Source of the DNA: Pseudomonadota bacterium
GTDB taxonomy: Bacteria > Bdellovibrionota_B > Oligoflexia > Oligoflexales > RGVZ01
DNA: 23,124 bases
Assembly: GCA_041178085.1 (NCBI GenBank)
Contig: JBEGVZ010000107.1
Location: 1-23,124, forward strand
Direction: 5' to 3'
Made by a program: the position numbers and the translations under genes
Shown: one piece after another, positions 8,121 through 16,802 of the stretch
How the letters are laid out: every line of letters begins with the position of its first letter
Position numbering within the stretch: position 1 is the first letter of the stretch
The notes under the pieces: model-generated
What the model was told of the DNA's origin: nothing
The model's input: only the letters and a program-made list of their open reading frames with translations
The model's database searches: none

Positions 8121-9009
8121 CGCCTGCCCAATCTTTTGCCAGATCCGGGAACCAGTCGGTTTCCCGCAGGTTTTTGAACCGCTTTTTATCCTCGAGTATG
8201 TCCTTCATGGCGGACATTTGCCTGGTTTCAACAAAGTGTTTCTGCAGATCGTCAGACAACGTTCTTTCGATGATCCGCCTGGTTGAACGATCGTCTTTTT
8301 CCGTCCATTCATTTGCCCAGTCGAGCACGGTCGAAAGCGTGTTGGCGTTGAAGTTGCCATTGACGAGTTCCATCACGACCACAGCGTTGCCATATCGTTT
8401 TGCCTTGGCATATGCGGCGGCAAGCTGCCCGATCCGCCGCTTCTCCAGTTCCGGGCTTATGCACCTGAATGCCAGTGCGTCATTGATCAAAGGATTTGCT
8501 TCAAGGTTTTTGACCAGGATCCGGCAGGCGTTGTCACGGCTCGGCTCCACCTTCGACCCTCTTTTGATGAAGTCTTCAAGGTAGATGTTGGACTTGATGA
8601 AGCAATCCTCGCTGGCAACCTTTTCTGGTTTGGTGAACCAGGCTTTCATGGTTGCGGCCAGATCCAGTTCCTTTCTGACGGAAAGCAAGACAAAACGGTC
8701 ATTCAATTTCAACTCGACGGGGTCCGCTTCCGTCGGTTTCGTGAAAAACGAAACCGGCCGGGGCATGCCGTTCGTTTCAGGTTTTATGTTGGCATTGGCC
8801 TTGAACTTCCAGATCAGCGGACCTTCAGAGGTTTTCTCGATTTTGAAAAACTGCAGCGGGACGATATGGGTCGCGCGGTCTACTGCACCCAGCAACGCAT
8901 GCCCGGTCCTGGTCGGCGGACACGCAGACCCTGGTTTTGCGGCCTGGCTTGTGGTTGCCAAACCCATCGCCAGGCAGATCGTATTGAATGAGAAGGAACG
9001 AATATCCAT
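8104..9009 (-). CDS. Hypothetical protein, probably exported
   Basis: 301 aa ORF starting 9 nt after the mutS2 stop with an AGGA RBS and overlapping the ABC-F start. Signal-peptide-like N-terminus ending SQA. No family recognised. Confidence 0.75.
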   Translation of the reverse strand: MDIRSFSFNTICLAMGLATTSQAAKPGSACPPTRTGHALLGAVDRATHIVPLQFFKIEKTSEGPLIWKFKANANIKPETNGMPRPVSFFTKPTEADPVELKLNDRFVLLSVRKELDLAATMKAWFTKPEKVASEDCFIKSNIYLEDFIKRGSKVEPSRDNACRILVKNLEANPLINDALAFRCISPELEKRRIGQLAAAYAKAKRYGNAVVVMELVNGNFNANTLSTVLDWANEWTEKDDRSTRRIIERTLSDDLQKHFVETRQMSAMKDILEDKKRFKNLRETDWFPDLAKDWAGVGAAR

Positions 9010-9018
9010 GCCTGATCC

Positions 9019-11592
9019 TCAACCCTTGAGCGCAACGATCGTGACGCCGTCTCCGCCCTCCTGGCTGCCACCAGCGCGGAAAGCGACGTTGTAGGGACAA
9101 TCACTGCGCAATGACTTGCGCACGGCGTTCTTCAGGCGGTCGGTGCCGTGGCCGTGCACAATCACGATGGCAACTTCGCCGCGTAGAAGGGCCTTGTCGA
9201 TGAACGTGATTGTTTTGTCGATTGCAGAATCCGCATCGAGTCCCCGCAGGTCGAGGGTGTTGGTCGGGGTTTGCAGAACCAGGGCCGGGATCTCCGGCGG
9301 CGGATTAACTGGCTTGAGTTTTCCCGGTGCAGCAGGCTTGGTTGGCGACTGTTGCTTTGTTGCGCTGCCACCCGATGCCGACACGGGGTCATAAATCCGC
9401 AAGTCGTGCGCAGGCACACGCAGCTTGACCAGGCCCACCTGGATTTCAGCAGGTGCCTGGTCTCCGTCTGCCGGACGCAGAACCTGGCCTTCCTTCCTGA
9501 GCGGAACAACGAATACCTTTTGGCCGCTTTGCAAATTCTCGCCCGGTGCAAGCGGTCGGCCTGGCAACACTTCGCCCTCGCGGCTCCGGGCAGAGACTTC
9601 CCGGATCTTCTGGTCGAATTTCCTCATCTGGTCGCCCGTGGCGGAGGAAATATTTGCGGCAGTGGCGACCGCTTGCTGCAAGTCGCCTCCCTCTGCCTTG
9701 CGAAGGGCCTTGAGTGCAGCCTTGAGCTGTTCCTGGAGTTCGCGGATATTCTCGCGCATCTCTTCCAGCTCCTGCTCCTGACTTTTGGCAACTTTGCGTG
9801 CAGCCTCCCGTCTTGCCTCTTCCAGCGCCTTTCGCTCTTCCTCAACCCTGGCACGCAATTCCTCGGTGGCCAGTTCCTTCTGGCGCAGGCCGGCGCGGAT
9901 TTTTTCAGTCTCTTCACGGGCGATGAGAAGCTGGTTGACCGCGTGCTCGAGCGTAGATGCGGCTGAACCGCGAAGTTCCCGCGCTCGCTCGATGACGCTC
10001 GGAGGAAGCCCAGTCTGGCTGGCCACCTCAAGACCGTAACTTTGTCCGGGCACGTCCAGAATCAGTTTGTAGGTTGGTCGCATGGACTTCAGCGAGTATT
10101 CCATGGAGCCGTTGCGGAAACGGCTGCCCGCCGCGCCGCCGGTTGTGGTTCCAGCCGATGCCGCAAGGCCCTTCAGGCTGTCGTAATGCGTCGTTGCCAG
10201 GGTGAATGTGCCACGCGCCGCCAAGGATTCGAGGACGGCCTGCGCAAGGGCGGATCCCGTCTGAGGTTCCGTTCCGACTGCCAGCTCGTCGAGCAGTGCC
10301 AGGTCTTCTGGTCCTGCTTTTTCGAGCACAGGCTTCAAACCCAGGACGTGCCCGGAGAATGTCGAAAGGTTGGCCGCCAGGTTCTGGGCATCACCGAGCT
10401 CAAGGAAAATCCGGTTGAACAGGTGAATGCGGGAAGTCCTGTCCGCCGGCAGCAGCAGGCCTGCCTTGGCCATCAGGTGCAGCATGCCGACAGTCTTCAG
10501 CACCACCGTCTTGCCGCCCGCGTTGGGTCCGGAAATGATCAGACAACACTGGTCGTCCGTCAGCGCGATGGTGTTTGGCACCGCAGTATTTTGCATCTTC
10601 GTCAAAGGTGGCGGCGGCAGTTCCTCTGTTTGCGTAAATTCCGCCGGAGGTTTGCGGATGAGCGGGTGCCGTGCAGCCCTCAAGTCCAGTACCGGAGTGT
10701 CGGAGATGTTCACCGGATTTGCGTCAAGCTGGATCGCAAGGCCTGCCTGGGCCGTGAGAAAGTCAAGCTGCACCAGTTCGTCGTAATCAGCGCGCAAGGT
10801 GTCTAGTTCGGTTGCCGCCATACCGCTGAGGTTTTTGAAGATCTTGAGAATCTCCAATTTCTCGGCCAGCTGGTTTTCAAGCCAGTCTGCGTTGAGCGGT
10901 GCGACACTTGCAGGCTCGACAAACAAAGTCTGTCCGCTATCGGACGTGTCGACGATGGTGCCTTCAACCCGCCCGCGACCATCCAGCCTGATTGGTACGA
11001 CGTACCGCTCATTGCGCACTGTGAAGAAGTCGTCCTGCAGGTACTGCTCGACGCTGGCCTCGCGCAGGACTTTCTTGATCTGTTCCTCAATCTTCTTTGC
11101 CAGGGAGACCTTGCGGCGGCGGATCGCCGCCAGTTCCGGCGAGGCATCGTCCAGTAAAGTGCCATCCGGGCTGATGGCCTTGTCGATGGCGAGCATCAAC
11201 TTGGGGACTGGATAAATCTGGTTCTTGAGCCGCGCAAGCAGCTCGCTTTTTGCGCTGAAGTTCACGCAAAAGCCGTGCACCTTCTGGATCGCCTGTAAAA
11301 GTTGTAAAACCTGGCGCAATTCTGTGCCGCCCAGCACCTGTCCCAGGCCAAGGGCGCGGAAGATGCGCCGCATCGGCGGCAGTTCGCCGATCGGTGGCCG
11401 GTACCCTTGCCGGATGATTTCCTTCAGGGAAGTCACGTTCGCCCAGCGGGTCTCGATCGTCGCGCGATCGAGGTCCGGCTGTAGCTCGATGCACAGCGTC
11501 TGCCCATCGTCGGTCTGGCTGTAGGCCGCAAGGGTCTCCAGCAGCAACGGCCACTCAAGTTTTTCCAGGTCGACCGGCCTCATGCCATCCAT
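9019..11592 (-). CDS. mutS2: MutS2 (MutS ATPase + coiled coil + KOW + Smr)
   Basis: N-terminal LEKLEW, DDASPEL..IR, S.SGQTLFVEP, Walker A GPNAGGKT, LSTFS, LLDEL..GTEP, TTHY, PGQSYG, a coiled coil, a KOW-like segment and the Smr motifs LDLRG...IVHGHGT..L...GG.G.T. Confidence 0.96.
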   Translation of the reverse strand: MDGMRPVDLEKLEWPLLLETLAAYSQTDDGQTLCIELQPDLDRATIETRWANVTSLKEIIRQGYRPPIGELPPMRRIFRALGLGQVLGGTELRQVLQLLQAIQKVHGFCVNFSAKSELLARLKNQIYPVPKLMLAIDKAISPDGTLLDDASPELAAIRRRKVSLAKKIEEQIKKVLREASVEQYLQDDFFTVRNERYVVPIRLDGRGRVEGTIVDTSDSGQTLFVEPASVAPLNADWLENQLAEKLEILKIFKNLSGMAATELDTLRADYDELVQLDFLTAQAGLAIQLDANPVNISDTPVLDLRAARHPLIRKPPAEFTQTEELPPPPLTKMQNTAVPNTIALTDDQCCLIISGPNAGGKTVVLKTVGMLHLMAKAGLLLPADRTSRIHLFNRIFLELGDAQNLAANLSTFSGHVLGLKPVLEKAGPEDLALLDELAVGTEPQTGSALAQAVLESLAARGTFTLATTHYDSLKGLAASAGTTTGGAAGSRFRNGSMEYSLKSMRPTYKLILDVPGQSYGLEVASQTGLPPSVIERARELRGSAASTLEHAVNQLLIAREETEKIRAGLRQKELATEELRARVEEERKALEEARREAARKVAKSQEQELEEMRENIRELQEQLKAALKALRKAEGGDLQQAVATAANISSATGDQMRKFDQKIREVSARSREGEVLPGRPLAPGENLQSGQKVFVVPLRKEGQVLRPADGDQAPAEIQVGLVKLRVPAHDLRIYDPVSASGGSATKQQSPTKPAAPGKLKPVNPPPEIPALVLQTPTNTLDLRGLDADSAIDKTITFIDKALLRGEVAIVIVHGHGTDRLKNAVRKSLRSDCPYNVAFRAGGSQEGGDGVTIVALKG

Positions 11593-11694
11593 CGATTCCC
11601 ATTCTTTTGATATGCGAAAGGTCCTGCTAAAGGTTATAAATGAGATTCAATGGATAAACATCGATAATTTTTAACGTTATCTCCGGGCTGTCCC

Positions 11695-12558
11695 ATGCTT
11701 GACCAGGCCGTCGCCAGCTTTGCTTCCGGACAGGTTCCGGCCTTCATCCTGTTGGCCGTTGTGGCTGCCGGGCTGGTCACGGGAAGTTTCCTGAACGTCT
11801 GCATCCTGCGGATACCTGACGGTACCTTCTTTCGCCATCACCGCTCCCACTGTCCGGCTTGTGGTGCCATGATCCCGTGGTACTTGAACATACCGCTGCT
11901 CGGTTTTGCCGTGCTGCGTGGACGTGCACGATGTTGCAAGGCCAGGATCTCGTGGCAATATCCGTTGGTTGAGGCTGCAACTGCTGTCCTGTTTGTGATC
12001 GCCTTGTGGAAATTCCCTTTTGCCGAATTCGCTCCTGCGGGCCACGGGACGATCCTGTTCGACCGGGGCGAGGCGCTCCGGTTCCTTCATGCGATCCTTT
12101 TTTGTTCCTTGTTGCTGGCGGCTTCCGTGATCGACTTCCGGCTGATGATCATCCCGGACGTGATGAGCCTTGGGCTCGTTGTGACCTCACCACTGGTCGT
12201 TGCCCTGCATCCCGAGCTCGACTGGAAAAGCGCGCTCCTGGGGGCCTTGCTGGGTGCCGGGTTGCTCTATGGCGTGGCCTGGAGCTACTGGTTGTTGCGA
12301 CGTGAAGTCGGCATGGGCTTTGGCGATGTCAAGCTCCTCGCGGGCATTGGCGGATGGCTCGGCTACCAGGCCATTTTTCCGGTTGTACTGATCGCCTCCG
12401 TGAGTGGCTCGCTGGTTGGAATCGGTGCTATGATCCTGAAGCGAAAGTACCACGGACGGACGGCGGTCCCGTTTGGGCCGTTTTTGGCGGCCGGAGCCAT
12501 GGTTGACTTGCTGTTCAGCCAGCAAATCAGGGAGTTCTGGATTTGGATGGGGTTGTAG
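11695..12558 (+). CDS. pilD: Type IV prepilin peptidase / N-methyltransferase (A24)
   Basis: GSFLNVCILRIP, RSHCPAC, NIPL, YPLVE, IDF...IIPD, GMGFGDVKL and PFGPFL motifs, with multiple TM helices. Confidence 0.95.
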   Translation: MLDQAVASFASGQVPAFILLAVVAAGLVTGSFLNVCILRIPDGTFFRHHRSHCPACGAMIPWYLNIPLLGFAVLRGRARCCKARISWQYPLVEAATAVLFVIALWKFPFAEFAPAGHGTILFDRGEALRFLHAILFCSLLLAASVIDFRLMIIPDVMSLGLVVTSPLVVALHPELDWKSALLGALLGAGLLYGVAWSYWLLRREVGMGFGDVKLLAGIGGWLGYQAIFPVVLIASVSGSLVGIGAMILKRKYHGRTAVPFGPFLAAGAMVDLLFSQQIREFWIWMGL

Positions 12559-13697
12559 AAATACCGGGCCGGGAGCTGGCAGGCGCACTCGCTGGAGCGC
12601 GGCGGCTGCCGGAACTCGTTCGTCTTTTCGGTGAGCACTTGCTGGCGAATAGCAGCGCCGAGGCCTTTGAAGCCTGGTGGTTCAACGGCAGGGAACCTGC
12701 GCGATGGGAACGTGCCGAATTCAGGATCCCGGGCGCGCGTACGCTCGACCCGGCCATGCTTGCCACAGCGTGCAATACCATCGAAGCTGCAATCGGCGGT
12801 GACGACGGTTCTTCGGGCGGGCGTTTGTTGACAGGATACGTTCCACAGTCCGAGCACCAGGCAAGGCGTGCGGACGATTCGCAACGCACGGGTTACGCGG
12901 CCATCCAGGCAGATGCACATCGCTGGCTGGTGGTATTTCTGCGCGAGCCTGTGCATGCATTCAAGCAGTGGCAGGCCGGTTGGATCAAACGGGACGGTCG
13001 CATGGCCAGCGTCCCGGAGTCGCTTTTGCGCGAGCTGCGCGCCGCTGACCTGTCAGTGGCCCTTGATTCATTTGCCGGGCATGTGCGCCGCCAGTTCGAG
13101 ATCGAACAGGCCAGGACGGAGCTCTACCGGGATTCCCTGACGGGCCTCTACAACATGCGCTACCTGGAGCTTGCGCTTGACCTGGAAGTGCGCCGTGCCA
13201 GCCGTTTTGGTACGACATTTTGTGTGCTTTTTGTCGATGTGGACGGGTTCAAGAAAGTCAATGACACCCATGGCCACCTAGCCGGCAGTGCGCTGCTGTC
13301 AGAAATGGGTGCTGTGATCAAGGACGCCGTCAGGGAAGTCGACGTTGTCGCCCGTTACGGTGGAGATGAATTCGTCCTCGTTTTGCTGGGTGCTTCGGTT
13401 GAGACTGGCAAGATGATTGCGGAGCGTGTGCGTGAAGTCGTGGCAGCGCAACGGTTCGTCACCGCTGCCGGAAAAGATGTGTACGTCACCGTCTCGATCG
13501 GGCTTGCCGCCTTCCCGGAAAGCGCCCGCTCGAGGGAGCAGCTGCTGCGCATGGCGGACGAGACAATGTATGCGAGCAAGAACAGTGGCAAGAATCGCGT
13601 TACCGTATTTGCCCCGTTAGGCGGGGTGGGCGCTGGTGATGGAGCCTCGCCGGGAGAAATGAATGTCGAAGAAGCAAGCAGCCAAGCATCCGTCTGA
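12543..13697 (+). CDS. Diguanylate cyclase (GGDEF) with an unrecognised N-terminal domain
   Basis: DSLTGLYN, DVDGFK.VNDTHGHLAGS, I-site REVD, RYGGDEF, SIG and ADETMY.SK.SGKN. The TTG start overlapping pilD is uncertain. Confidence 0.92.
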   Translation: MDGVVEIPGRELAGALAGARRLPELVRLFGEHLLANSSAEAFEAWWFNGREPARWERAEFRIPGARTLDPAMLATACNTIEAAIGGDDGSSGGRLLTGYVPQSEHQARRADDSQRTGYAAIQADAHRWLVVFLREPVHAFKQWQAGWIKRDGRMASVPESLLRELRAADLSVALDSFAGHVRRQFEIEQARTELYRDSLTGLYNMRYLELALDLEVRRASRFGTTFCVLFVDVDGFKKVNDTHGHLAGSALLSEMGAVIKDAVREVDVVARYGGDEFVLVLLGASVETGKMIAERVREVVAAQRFVTAAGKDVYVTVSIGLAAFPESARSREQLLRMADETMYASKNSGKNRVTVFAPLGGVGAGDGASPGEMNVEEASSQASV

Positions 13698-14160
13698 GAG
13701 CTGGGTTGAGATGACAGAAATGGTCCTGCCCCAGCATACCAATGCTCTTGGCTCGGTATTTGGTGGAGTGGTCATGTCATGGGTGGATATCGCAGCCGCC
13801 ACCTGTGCCATGCGTCACGCCGGGAAAACTGTCGTCACGGCCTCCATCGACGCCATGCACTTCATTTCACCGATCAAGCTGGGCTGGATCGTAATCCTCA
13901 AGTCATCCATTAACTTCACTTCCACGACGAGTTGTGAAGTCGGTGTCCGGGTTGTGGCGGAAAACCCCCTGACCGGGGAGAAACACCACACTGCCAGTGC
14001 CTATTTGACCTTTGTTGCGCTCGACAGCCTTGGCCGGGCAACACCGATTCCACAAGTACTGCCCGAATCGGAAGAGGAAAAGATGCGTTTTGAGGCCGCG
14101 CGGGAACGGCGTGCGGCACGCCTTGCCTTGCGGGAGCGCCTGCTGGAGAAACAGAAATGA
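13663..14160 (+). CDS. Acyl-CoA thioesterase (hotdog fold, YciA-like)
   Basis: VLPQHTNALGSVFGG..MSWVD, VVTASID...F..PI and AYLTFVALD motifs; GGAG RBS at 13653-13656. Confidence 0.92.
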   Translation: MSKKQAAKHPSESWVEMTEMVLPQHTNALGSVFGGVVMSWVDIAAATCAMRHAGKTVVTASIDAMHFISPIKLGWIVILKSSINFTSTTSCEVGVRVVAENPLTGEKHHTASAYLTFVALDSLGRATPIPQVLPESEEEKMRFEAARERRAARLALRERLLEKQK

Positions 14161-15575
14161 CCTTTTACCGCGGCCGAATGATCCGGCTGATGCTGGGGTT
14201 TGCGTTCCTTGCCAACGTTGCGGGCACCAGCCGGCACGCGCTTGGAGCTGACAGTCCGGCAGCTGCGCAAGGTGATCCGGTCGAGATCTACCTGATGACG
14301 GTCGGTATCGGCGACCAGATCCATTCCCGTTTCGGCCACACGATGATCCGTGTGGTCGACCACACTGATAAAACCGATGCGGTGTACAACTGGGGGATGT
14401 TTGATTACGCGGACCCGGCTTTCGCGTGGAAGTTTTTCAAGGGGGTTTTGATTTACCGGGTCGGTGTCCAGAGTTTCTCCCGGACACTTGATACTTATCG
14501 CTACGAAGAGCGTCCAGTTTGGCAGGAGCGTCTTAACCTCACTCCGGCACAGACCCGTCGCCTGCTGGACCGCATTGCTTTGAACATGCGGCCTGAGAAT
14601 GTCCGCTACCCGTACCAGTATTTTTACAACAACTGTGCCACCAAGCCGCGTGATTACATCGACGAAGCGGTAGACGGTGCGGTCAAGGCAACTTACGGAT
14701 CTGAGCTGGCTCGTGAAAACCACCGCTGGTACGTACGCCAGTACTTGAATGACAATCCCCTGGTCGGCCTGGGGCTGGATGTCATCATGAACGGGGACAT
14801 CGATCGTCCAATGTCCAAGTGGGATGAGATGTTCTTTCCGGCCAAGTTGCGTGAATACCTGATCGCGATGCCAGCCACCGATGACGCGGGTCGCGCCATT
14901 CCCGGAAAGCAACTGCTCTCTGGCACCGAAGAACTGCTTTCGTTACCGGACGCATCCAGCGGTGATCGAAATGCCTTCCTGTATGCCCAGATGTTCTTTG
15001 GTTTGCCAATCCTGTTTTTCTTCATGGCCATGATCGGGGTGGGCGGTATTCGTCGCATCCTTTCGCGGCATCATCCGGAAAACTGGACTGGGCGCGTGGC
15101 GTGGAACACCCTCGATACCGGGCATCAGGTACTTGTGCGGATTGCCCTTGCCTGTCTTGGCTTCGGTCTTGCCGGATGGTCCCTGTTGTCCGGCGCGTTC
15201 GGCACAATCCACACCGTCATGTGGGCGATCTCCGCACACACGGATTCCCACCACAATGCGAACCTCTGGCTGTTCTGGCCGACCGACTTCTTGTTTGCCG
15301 TGCTGGGATGGCGCGCCCTGCGAAACGCCCTGCGTGGCAGCGTACGGCGCAGACCAATTCTTGGTGCGAGCGTGCGCTTCTATGCGGGTCTGCATCTGGT
15401 TGCCCTGGTTACGATGGTGACCCTTCGCGAGGCTGGTCTCATTCAGCAGGATGTCGACCGCGTCTTGTACAATATGGGTATTCTGGCGGCTTTCATTTAT
15501 GCCGCCACCTGGTTTGGCATGATGGATTTCGGGCTTGAGCAAAAGCAGGTTGCGGTGAGCGATGCCAAGGAATGA
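14157..15575 (+). CDS. DUF4105 protein, Lnb-like lipoprotein N-acyltransferase candidate
   Basis: Signal peptide; IYLMTVG.GD.I...FGHT.IRV, YNWGMFD, Y.Y.YFYNNCAT.PRD and MFFP motifs; several C-terminal TM helices including HHNANL..F.P. ATGA overlap with the thioesterase gene. Confidence 0.8.
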   Translation: MTFYRGRMIRLMLGFAFLANVAGTSRHALGADSPAAAQGDPVEIYLMTVGIGDQIHSRFGHTMIRVVDHTDKTDAVYNWGMFDYADPAFAWKFFKGVLIYRVGVQSFSRTLDTYRYEERPVWQERLNLTPAQTRRLLDRIALNMRPENVRYPYQYFYNNCATKPRDYIDEAVDGAVKATYGSELARENHRWYVRQYLNDNPLVGLGLDVIMNGDIDRPMSKWDEMFFPAKLREYLIAMPATDDAGRAIPGKQLLSGTEELLSLPDASSGDRNAFLYAQMFFGLPILFFFMAMIGVGGIRRILSRHHPENWTGRVAWNTLDTGHQVLVRIALACLGFGLAGWSLLSGAFGTIHTVMWAISAHTDSHHNANLWLFWPTDFLFAVLGWRALRNALRGSVRRRPILGASVRFYAGLHLVALVTMVTLREAGLIQQDVDRVLYNMGILAAFIYAATWFGMMDFGLEQKQVAVSDAKE

Positions 15576-16245
15576 TGCAAGGTCTTTGAACCCGGTCCTG
15601 GTGGAAGTCAGGCCGTCCCTGTTTGATTACTGCATGCGGATGACCGGCGATATCATGAAGTCGTCGACGCTGGTGCACGAGGCTTCCTGCGCATTGGCTG
15701 AATTGCTGTCCGGTGGTGGGCACATGTCGGGCAACGACGATTTCCGGCTACTGCTTTTTCGCGAAGCCCGTACCCTTGCCGGCGACGATTGGCACGCGGA
15801 TACATCGATCCTGCAGAACCCGGCCCTTCAGGTTAACGCAAGTCCGGCACAGGCCAAGCTTGACCTGATCTTGCGCCAGTTGCCTGCGCGCGAACGTGAA
15901 GCGATCCTCCTCGTGGAGCGTTATGGCTTCCAAGCGGCAGATGCTTGCCAGATCGCCGGGTTGCAGCTTGAGGATTTTGACGTCGCACTGGCGATGGCAT
16001 GGCAAAAAATCCTGACGGCCTTGCCGCCGGGGGCGGTGCCGGTAGCGGCGGCCGGCCGGGCCAGTCCGATCGAGCTTCTGCCCAATCATCCGCTCCCCGG
16101 CGTTGAGCAGGAACCAGTCACCAACCTGAGCGAGATCATGAGCGAACTTGAGTCGACCAGGCGGGGGCCCGGTGTGGTGAAACGCATCATCTGGCTGATG
16201 GTATTTGCCGGCATTACTGCCGGCATATGGTACCTGTTTTTTTAG
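15562..16245 (+). CDS. ECF sigma-70-like protein, degenerate, with a C-terminal TM anchor
   Basis: Region-2-like LFDYCMRMTGD......LVHEA, region-4-like LRQLPAREREAILLVERYGF....ACQIAGL, a Pro-rich linker and terminal KRIIWLMVFAGITAGIWYLFF. Confidence 0.7.
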   Translation: MPRNDARSLNPVLVEVRPSLFDYCMRMTGDIMKSSTLVHEASCALAELLSGGGHMSGNDDFRLLLFREARTLAGDDWHADTSILQNPALQVNASPAQAKLDLILRQLPAREREAILLVERYGFQAADACQIAGLQLEDFDVALAMAWQKILTALPPGAVPVAAAGRASPIELLPNHPLPGVEQEPVTNLSEIMSELESTRRGPGVVKRIIWLMVFAGITAGIWYLFF

Positions 16246-16256
16246 ATCCGACAGGG

Positions 16257-16757
16257 TCAGTGGGAGATCGGGATTTCCTTTCCCGTCGCGACACTTTCCT
16301 TGGTCTTGTTCAATGTGACTTTCAGCAGGCCGTTTTTGTAGACGGCCTCGCATTTATCAGGCTGAACGCTGGCCGGCAAGCGCATGGTCCTGCAGAAGGA
16401 TCCGTAGCTGCGTTCCACGTACCAGCGGTCACTGTCGCCACCTTCCTTCTCCATCTTTTTTTCACCGCGTATCGTCAGGTGATTTTCATCATCCAGCGAC
16501 ACATGCATGTCTTTCTCGTCAATGCCCGGGATTTCGGCCGTGACAAAGATTTGTTTGCCTGAGTCACGCAAGTCAATGCGCGGGGAGAATTCTCCGTCTG
16601 GACGAAAAATGGGCTTTGCGCCCGCGGAGAACTCGTCCAGGAAGTCGTCAAGGACCCGGTTCATCGCCCGCTGCAGGGACGTGACTGGTTCCTCGCTGGA
16701 CAATATGGGACGCCGTTCGAAAAAACTGTTGTTACGCCATGGGATCAAGCTTCTCAT
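16257..16757 (-). CDS. Hsp20 / alpha-crystallin small heat-shock protein
   Basis: PRIDL, AEIPGI, LTIRGEK, ERSYGSF.R...LP and A.YKNGLL.VTL.K motifs; AGGAGG RBS (16765-16770). Confidence 0.96.
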   Translation of the reverse strand: MRSLIPWRNNSFFERRPILSSEEPVTSLQRAMNRVLDDFLDEFSAGAKPIFRPDGEFSPRIDLRDSGKQIFVTAEIPGIDEKDMHVSLDDENHLTIRGEKKMEKEGGDSDRWYVERSYGSFCRTMRLPASVQPDKCEAVYKNGLLKVTLNKTKESVATGKEIPISH

Positions 16758-16786
16758 GATAAGTCCTCCTCGTTTTCACGAATTTG

Positions 16787-16802
16787 AGCAATAATGGTGC
16801 CA
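16787..16802 (-). promoter_or_regulatory. Sigma54 (RpoN) -24/-12 promoter of hsp20
   Basis: The minus strand reads TGGCAC-CATTA-TTGCT, an exact match to TGGCAC-N5-TTGCW. The predicted TSS near 16776 falls just upstream of the RBS. Confidence 0.85.

Noticed and set aside
3517..11592. xth + MutS2 + ATPase as an anti-phage defence or DNA-repair island
   Set aside because: All are ordinary housekeeping families in separate transcription units, with no mobility or defence markers.
11593..11694. AT-rich mutS2/pilD spacer with a short GATAA...TTATC palindrome
   Set aside because: Probably holds divergent promoters, but no correctly spaced -35/-10 or sigma54 motif was found and the palindrome is too short to call.
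14001..14912. 303-aa antisense ORF, and similar long antisense ORFs (7344-8099, 10042-10806, 9271-9966, 6660-7328)
   Set aside because: They shadow well-supported genes on the other strand, as expected from GC-rich codon bias, and have no motifs.
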